The translations under genes and the position numbers were made by a program. A model generated the notes under the pieces. That model saw only the letters and a program-made list of their open reading frames with translations. It was not told the origin of the DNA and ran no database searches. This document shows positions 60,108-64,000 of a stretch of 64,000 nt of DNA, piece by piece. The DNA comes from a virus, in the IMG/VR virus record IMGVR_UViG_3300045993_000562, positions 1 through 64,000 of that record; one strand, 5' to 3'. Position 1 is the stretch's first letter; each line of letters starts with the position of its first letter.

Positions 60108-60793
60108 TTTGATATTTCTCTTTTTATAGTTATAGTTTTGTGTAAGATCCACTTTCGACAATCTCCCGAAGTTCACTTAAAGTCAAACCCCAGTTGTCGT
60201 AGATCCTTTGTGATACATTGCCAGAATTGTACTCTTTCAAATCCTCATCTGTCAAGGTAATAGTACCGTTTTTTTCAAGCATGATACTCTTCCCAATTTG
60301 TTATACCAAAGACTAGGAGTTTAATGAACCTAGATACTCTGGAATTTCCACCTTAGAGAACCTAATATTGTTACTCATAGGGTCCTCCAGCATAGGAGTA
60401 GCTATGTTACCCACTACGTCCTTCAGCATGACTTCCTTGTCCTTATCGACTCTCAATACGGACAATATAACTATAGCATCTTTTAACACTCTGATGCTAG
60501 TAGTTTCGCTAATGCCGCTGTCAGAGCCTAGCTCAGTTATTACTAAGTCCAGCTCAGTAGACACTAATTCTGTTATTCTATGACGGATACTCAAATTCCA
60601 CCTCCACCAGGGTTTACTTCAATAACCAAACGGTTACTATTAATGTACCCACCACGTTTAGGGTGTTGCCCCATAATGGCTACACGGAGGTTATCTATAA
60701 CATTTAAGTCATCCTTACTGCCATTACTAGACTCGAACGCAAAAGCCAACACTCCACTCTTTTCGTCCTCTTGCATTTCCACTTTTACCATAA

Positions 60794-61036
60794 TTATATT
60801 CCCATAGGACGTACATTGAGTCCTTTTTCCGCTAGAACAGCACCTATGTCGTCTATATGTAAACAGTCACACATACAGGCATAGTCATTTAAAGGTTGGA
60901 CCATTGCTATGTTACCATTAATGAACTCGTTACCTTGTACTGCGCTGTGTAGTACACCAAAGGAGACGATAATACCCCCCTCTAGTCTTACTACCTTATC
61001 CCCATTTTTTGCTATCCTACCATTGCGATAATGCAT
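60794..61036 (-). CDS. Small Cys-containing protein, paralog 2
   Basis: MHYRNGR.AKNGD...ACMCDCLH.DD. Confidence 0.7.
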   Translation of the reverse strand: MHYRNGRIAKNGDKVVRLEGGIIVSFGVLHSAVQGNEFINGNIAMVQPLNDYACMCDCLHIDDIGAVLAEKGLNVRPMGI

Positions 61037-61070
61037 TTTTTAGTTACCTCGTTAGTTTTATTTAGTTTTA

Positions 61071-61319
61071 TTATTTTGATGCTGGACGTTTGTCTAGCCC
61101 TTTTTCCTTAAGCATCGCTGAAATATCATCCATATGAAGGCAGTCGCACATACAGGCTTCACTAAAAGACTTTGCCCTATCATCGGCTATAATACCATTA
61201 CAATAGTCATTACCGGGGACTGCCCGCATTAGTACCCCAATGTGAGTGATCTGTCCTTTATCATTAAGTTGAACTATTTCGTCGCCGTTCTTTGCTTCTC
61301 TCAAATTTCTGTAATGCAT
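61071..61319 (-). CDS. Small Cys-containing protein, paralog 1
   Basis: MHYRNLREAKNGD...ACMCDCLHMDD. Confidence 0.7.
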   Translation of the reverse strand: MHYRNLREAKNGDEIVQLNDKGQITHIGVLMRAVPGNDYCNGIIADDRAKSFSEACMCDCLHMDDISAMLKEKGLDKRPASK

Positions 61320-61322
61320 GAT

Positions 61323-61889
61323 TTACATTTCCTCTTTAGTTATATACATCTCTGTAATTACGCTATCCACGTTCTCCTGCAACGCTCTAGCTAAATAGAA
61401 GTTAGAGAACCTCTTATCTTCAGTGACTTCCAATTTAGAAAATACTGGAGGTTTGAAATTGAGATAATCTTCTTCAGACTTAAACTCCACTTCCCCTACG
61501 ATCAACCCTGAATGCCTACCGGAGAATACATCCACCTCTAGTAGGTGCCCCGCTTCTCCCAGGTTAAGATAGTACCTATCCTTAGATATAGTATAGCGAC
61601 ATGAGTTAATGAGATCCTCAGCATCCGAGAAGGGTATCTCGTATTCATACTCAGGAACCCCAATTGATCCCTCTACTCTACTAAGTTTTATGGTTAAGTA
61701 TCCGAATTTTGATGAGGAGACTGAACGTTGGGCCGAATCCATATAAGTAGTAGTGCAAAGTCTGACTCTAACTACGCTACCTAAAGACTCACTAAGGTAC
61801 CCTTGGTTAATCTTCTGTGCCATTATGTAAGGCCTATCATTCATAAACCCTTGGGGCAGTATGAACTTACGTTCCATCTCTATAGGCAT
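61323..61889 (-). CDS. CYTH-domain protein
   Basis: EMERKF, QGYL, RVR, EYEYEIP, K.RY and EVEF motifs. Confidence 0.9.
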   Translation of the reverse strand: MPIEMERKFILPQGFMNDRPYIMAQKINQGYLSESLGSVVRVRLCTTTYMDSAQRSVSSSKFGYLTIKLSRVEGSIGVPEYEYEIPFSDAEDLINSCRYTISKDRYYLNLGEAGHLLEVDVFSGRHSGLIVGEVEFKSEEDYLNFKPPVFSKLEVTEDKRFSNFYLARALQENVDSVITEMYITKEEM

Positions 61890-62476
61890 CCAGAAGCCTC
61901 CTCTACTATCTTGCCTACAATCATGTCCTCAGTCTCACTATCGTACTGCCCGTACGAGTAATAAAACGGAAACGATCCTGGCCAGTGTTCAATCTCCTCT
62001 GTAACAGACGCTATACGCTTAGACACATAGTCCAATAAGTTTGGCGTTATTGTTACTCCTAAAATATCCCTGGCTAGAATCCTACGAACCAACGTCTCTA
62101 GCTCACCACCAATGTACACAGGGATTAGACGAATGTCGTTGTCCTTGCAGTACTGACTGATCTGTTTAAGCCCATTAGGCTCTACTACAATTACTGGTGT
62201 TGCGTTGCTACTGTGGATGCCATCCACTTCTTCCGTGGATAACCCATAATAGCAGTTGTTAAACGAAACATGCTCTACGAACTTCCACTCTTTGAGCATT
62301 TGTTTGAACTCCTGCTCAGAGACGAAATAGTAGCTCTCTCCATCTGCCTCACCATGTCTAGGCTTACGAGTAGTGTGGCTTACTACGTTTTTGAACCCGT
62401 GTTCGTTAACCAATCTATTAGCCAGAGTTGATTTACCGCTTCCACTAGGTCCAGTTATTGTTACAATCGTTTTCAT
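61880..62476 (-). CDS. gmk: Guanylate kinase
   Basis: GPSGSGKST, SHTTRKPR.GE.DG..YYFVS, YG. Confidence 0.9.
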   Translation of the reverse strand: MKTIVTITGPSGSGKSTLANRLVNEHGFKNVVSHTTRKPRHGEADGESYYFVSEQEFKQMLKEWKFVEHVSFNNCYYGLSTEEVDGIHSSNATPVIVVEPNGLKQISQYCKDNDIRLIPVYIGGELETLVRRILARDILGVTITPNLLDYVSKRIASVTEEIEHWPGSFPFYYSYGQYDSETEDMIVGKIVEEASGCL

Positions 62477-62511
62477 TAAAACCTCTATTACATTGAAGAA
62501 ATGAGAGTGTA

Positions 62512-63270
62512 CTACGTTCTACGTGATTGGTCAACTAGTTCACGCCACCTAGTCCAAAGTAACATAGCGTAGTCTCGATGAGAACAGGTACCTCGGTAAT
62601 AACCTAAAGCCCACCCATCATTAACCTCTACTAAAGCCGTCTTACCGTTATCAAGGACTCCGAAGTCCAAGGAGTATCCCGACGGACAGGCTACGTCACT
62701 GGAAATTCCCAACGTCCTAATGGCGGAGGTTACTACTCCTATATCAGGCGTAGGTCCATCGTCAGGGCCATCATCATACCTACCATATCCAACTATCTTG
62801 CCGTTTAGTACGTAGTACCTAACTTCCGTAGTGAACTTAACAGGGTCAGAGATCCAAACTGGATAACCTTCATTAGGAGTAGATATACATACTGAACCAC
62901 GTATCCCAGTACCATACAACTCACGCTTCAAGCACCCAGTAAACCCCTTTACGTCAAACCTAGGCTTAACGAACTGGTTAAGCTTAGCATCCCTCAGAGT
63001 GCCTGGGCCCAGTGCACGATGTAGAAAGGTATCATTGCGTAGTAACGAAGGGTATGACATGGAGGTGGGTAGGTTTACTCCACATATCTCAGCCCACCTT
63101 TTAACAAACTCCACGGTGCCAACTGGGCAGTATTTTGCCACTGGGCTTAGTGACCCCAATCCTTCCAGTGTAGCCATTTGAACTTCTACGTCGTCCATTA
63201 TCATTGCTGCTGAACGGACGGCTCTCTTTTCCATTAGAGAAACTTCGTCAGATTGAATTAGGAACTTCAA
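62512..63270 (-). CDS. ATP-grasp protein (R2K/DUF4343-like)
   Basis: PVGTVEF, FVKP, K.FTG, EVRYYV, LDFG and EVND motifs; GGAGG RBS before TTG at 63270. Confidence 0.8.
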   Translation of the reverse strand: MKFLIQSDEVSLMEKRAVRSAAMIMDDVEVQMATLEGLGSLSPVAKYCPVGTVEFVKRWAEICGVNLPTSMSYPSLLRNDTFLHRALGPGTLRDAKLNQFVKPRFDVKGFTGCLKRELYGTGIRGSVCISTPNEGYPVWISDPVKFTTEVRYYVLNGKIVGYGRYDDGPDDGPTPDIGVVTSAIRTLGISSDVACPSGYSLDFGVLDNGKTALVEVNDGWALGYYRGTCSHRDYAMLLWTRWRELVDQSRRT

Positions 63271-63324
63271 GTAACCTCCTGTTTTCAGTTGTAATTTAAA
63301 AAATCCTATGATAGAATCAGCTTC

Positions 63325-64000
63325 ATGACAAATTCTCTCTCGCACTACTATGAACAAATCTGCAAGGCCCCTATGCTTAAACGTGAGGAGGAGTATGATC
63401 TATTCCTAGAACTCCAGGACGCTGGGGTCCCTGAGTCACAGAAGGTTAAGATAAGGGAGAGGATAATCAAGGCAAACCTTAGATTTGTGTTTAAACGTGC
63501 TAAATACTTCTCCAAGAACGAACCAGACTTGTTCAAAGAGCTGATAGCAGCAGGGAACGAAGGATTATTAGTAGGGCTTCACAAGTATATACCTTCAATG
63601 CAAGTAAAGTTCCTATCCTACGCCGGTTGCTGGGTTGATCAGAGGATAAAAAGTCATATGTCACATATGAGAATAGTTTCACTACCTATATGGAAACAGC
63701 AGTTAGCCGCTAGAATTCAGAAGTTTACAAATACCTTAGATCATGAACCCACCATACCTGAGCTAAAAGAAGAATTTCCAGAAGTCCCAGTAAAACATTT
63801 AGAAGATCTACATAAAACAAAGTACCTTACGTTCTATCTTGAAGACATGAACAGTGAGGACCCCTCTTTTCAAATCGACCCCATCGGAACTGAGGTGGAG
63901 TCGAGACTTGATAAAGAGAGGTTATATGCCATTATACAAGAGCTACCATCTCCACAGCGTGAAGTTATAGAGCTCTACTACGGATTGTCTGTAAACTCTG
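63325..64000 (+). CDS. Sigma70-family RNA polymerase sigma factor (partial, runs off window)
   Basis: Own translation: ...EEE..L...IIKANLRFV..AK...LIAAGNEGL.....Y....KFLSYA..WV...RIVSLP...REVIELYYGL. Confidence 0.88.
   Translation, partial: MTNSLSHYYEQICKAPMLKREEEYDLFLELQDAGVPESQKVKIRERIIKANLRFVFKRAKYFSKNEPDLFKELIAAGNEGLLVGLHKYIPSMQVKFLSYAGCWVDQRIKSHMSHMRIVSLPIWKQQLAARIQKFTNTLDHEPTIPELKEEFPEVPVKHLEDLHKTKYLTFYLEDMNSEDPSFQIDPIGTEVESRLDKERLYAIIQELPSPQREVIELYYGLSVNS

Noticed and set aside
1-64000. Stop-codon reassignment
   Set aside because: Core genes are full length in the standard code and no suppressor tRNA was seen

Overview
A 64-kb segment of a large lytic tailed phage of a Gram-negative host (spanins present; probably Proteobacteria, inferred). 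Positions 1-3.3 kb hold a plus-strand lysis cassette (M15 endolysin, holin-like genes, i-/o-spanin). Positions 3.3-63.3 kb are almost entirely minus-strand nucleotide-metabolism, replication and accessory genes: dUTPase, ThyX, NrdJ, RuvC-like resolvase, split UDG-exo/PolA, primase-helicase, PD-(D/E)XK nuclease, HU, Gmk, the Pnkp-Hen1 RNA repair pair and a Prs-like/NAMPT-like (NARP1-type) pair. A plus-strand sigma70-family gene runs off the right end. The non-coding content is the most unusual part. (1) A leader peptide rich in Tyr/Asn/Thr/Pro codons with a 1:2/2:3/3:4 attenuator sits directly upstream of a tRNA-Asn/Tyr/Thr/Pro cluster. (2) Two tandem circularly permuted, anticodon-less tRNA-like domains with 6-nt periodic flanks follow a coiled-coil gene. 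(3) A ~330-nt RNA mimics the 23S rRNA L11-binding (GTPase-associated) centre. Also present are a permuted two-piece tmRNA, a group I intron in tRNA(CAT), a D-arm-less tRNA-Arg, further clusters of structured ncRNA, and a 2x199-bp inverted repeat with iteron-like motifs. All calls come from reading the sequence by eye; no searches were run.
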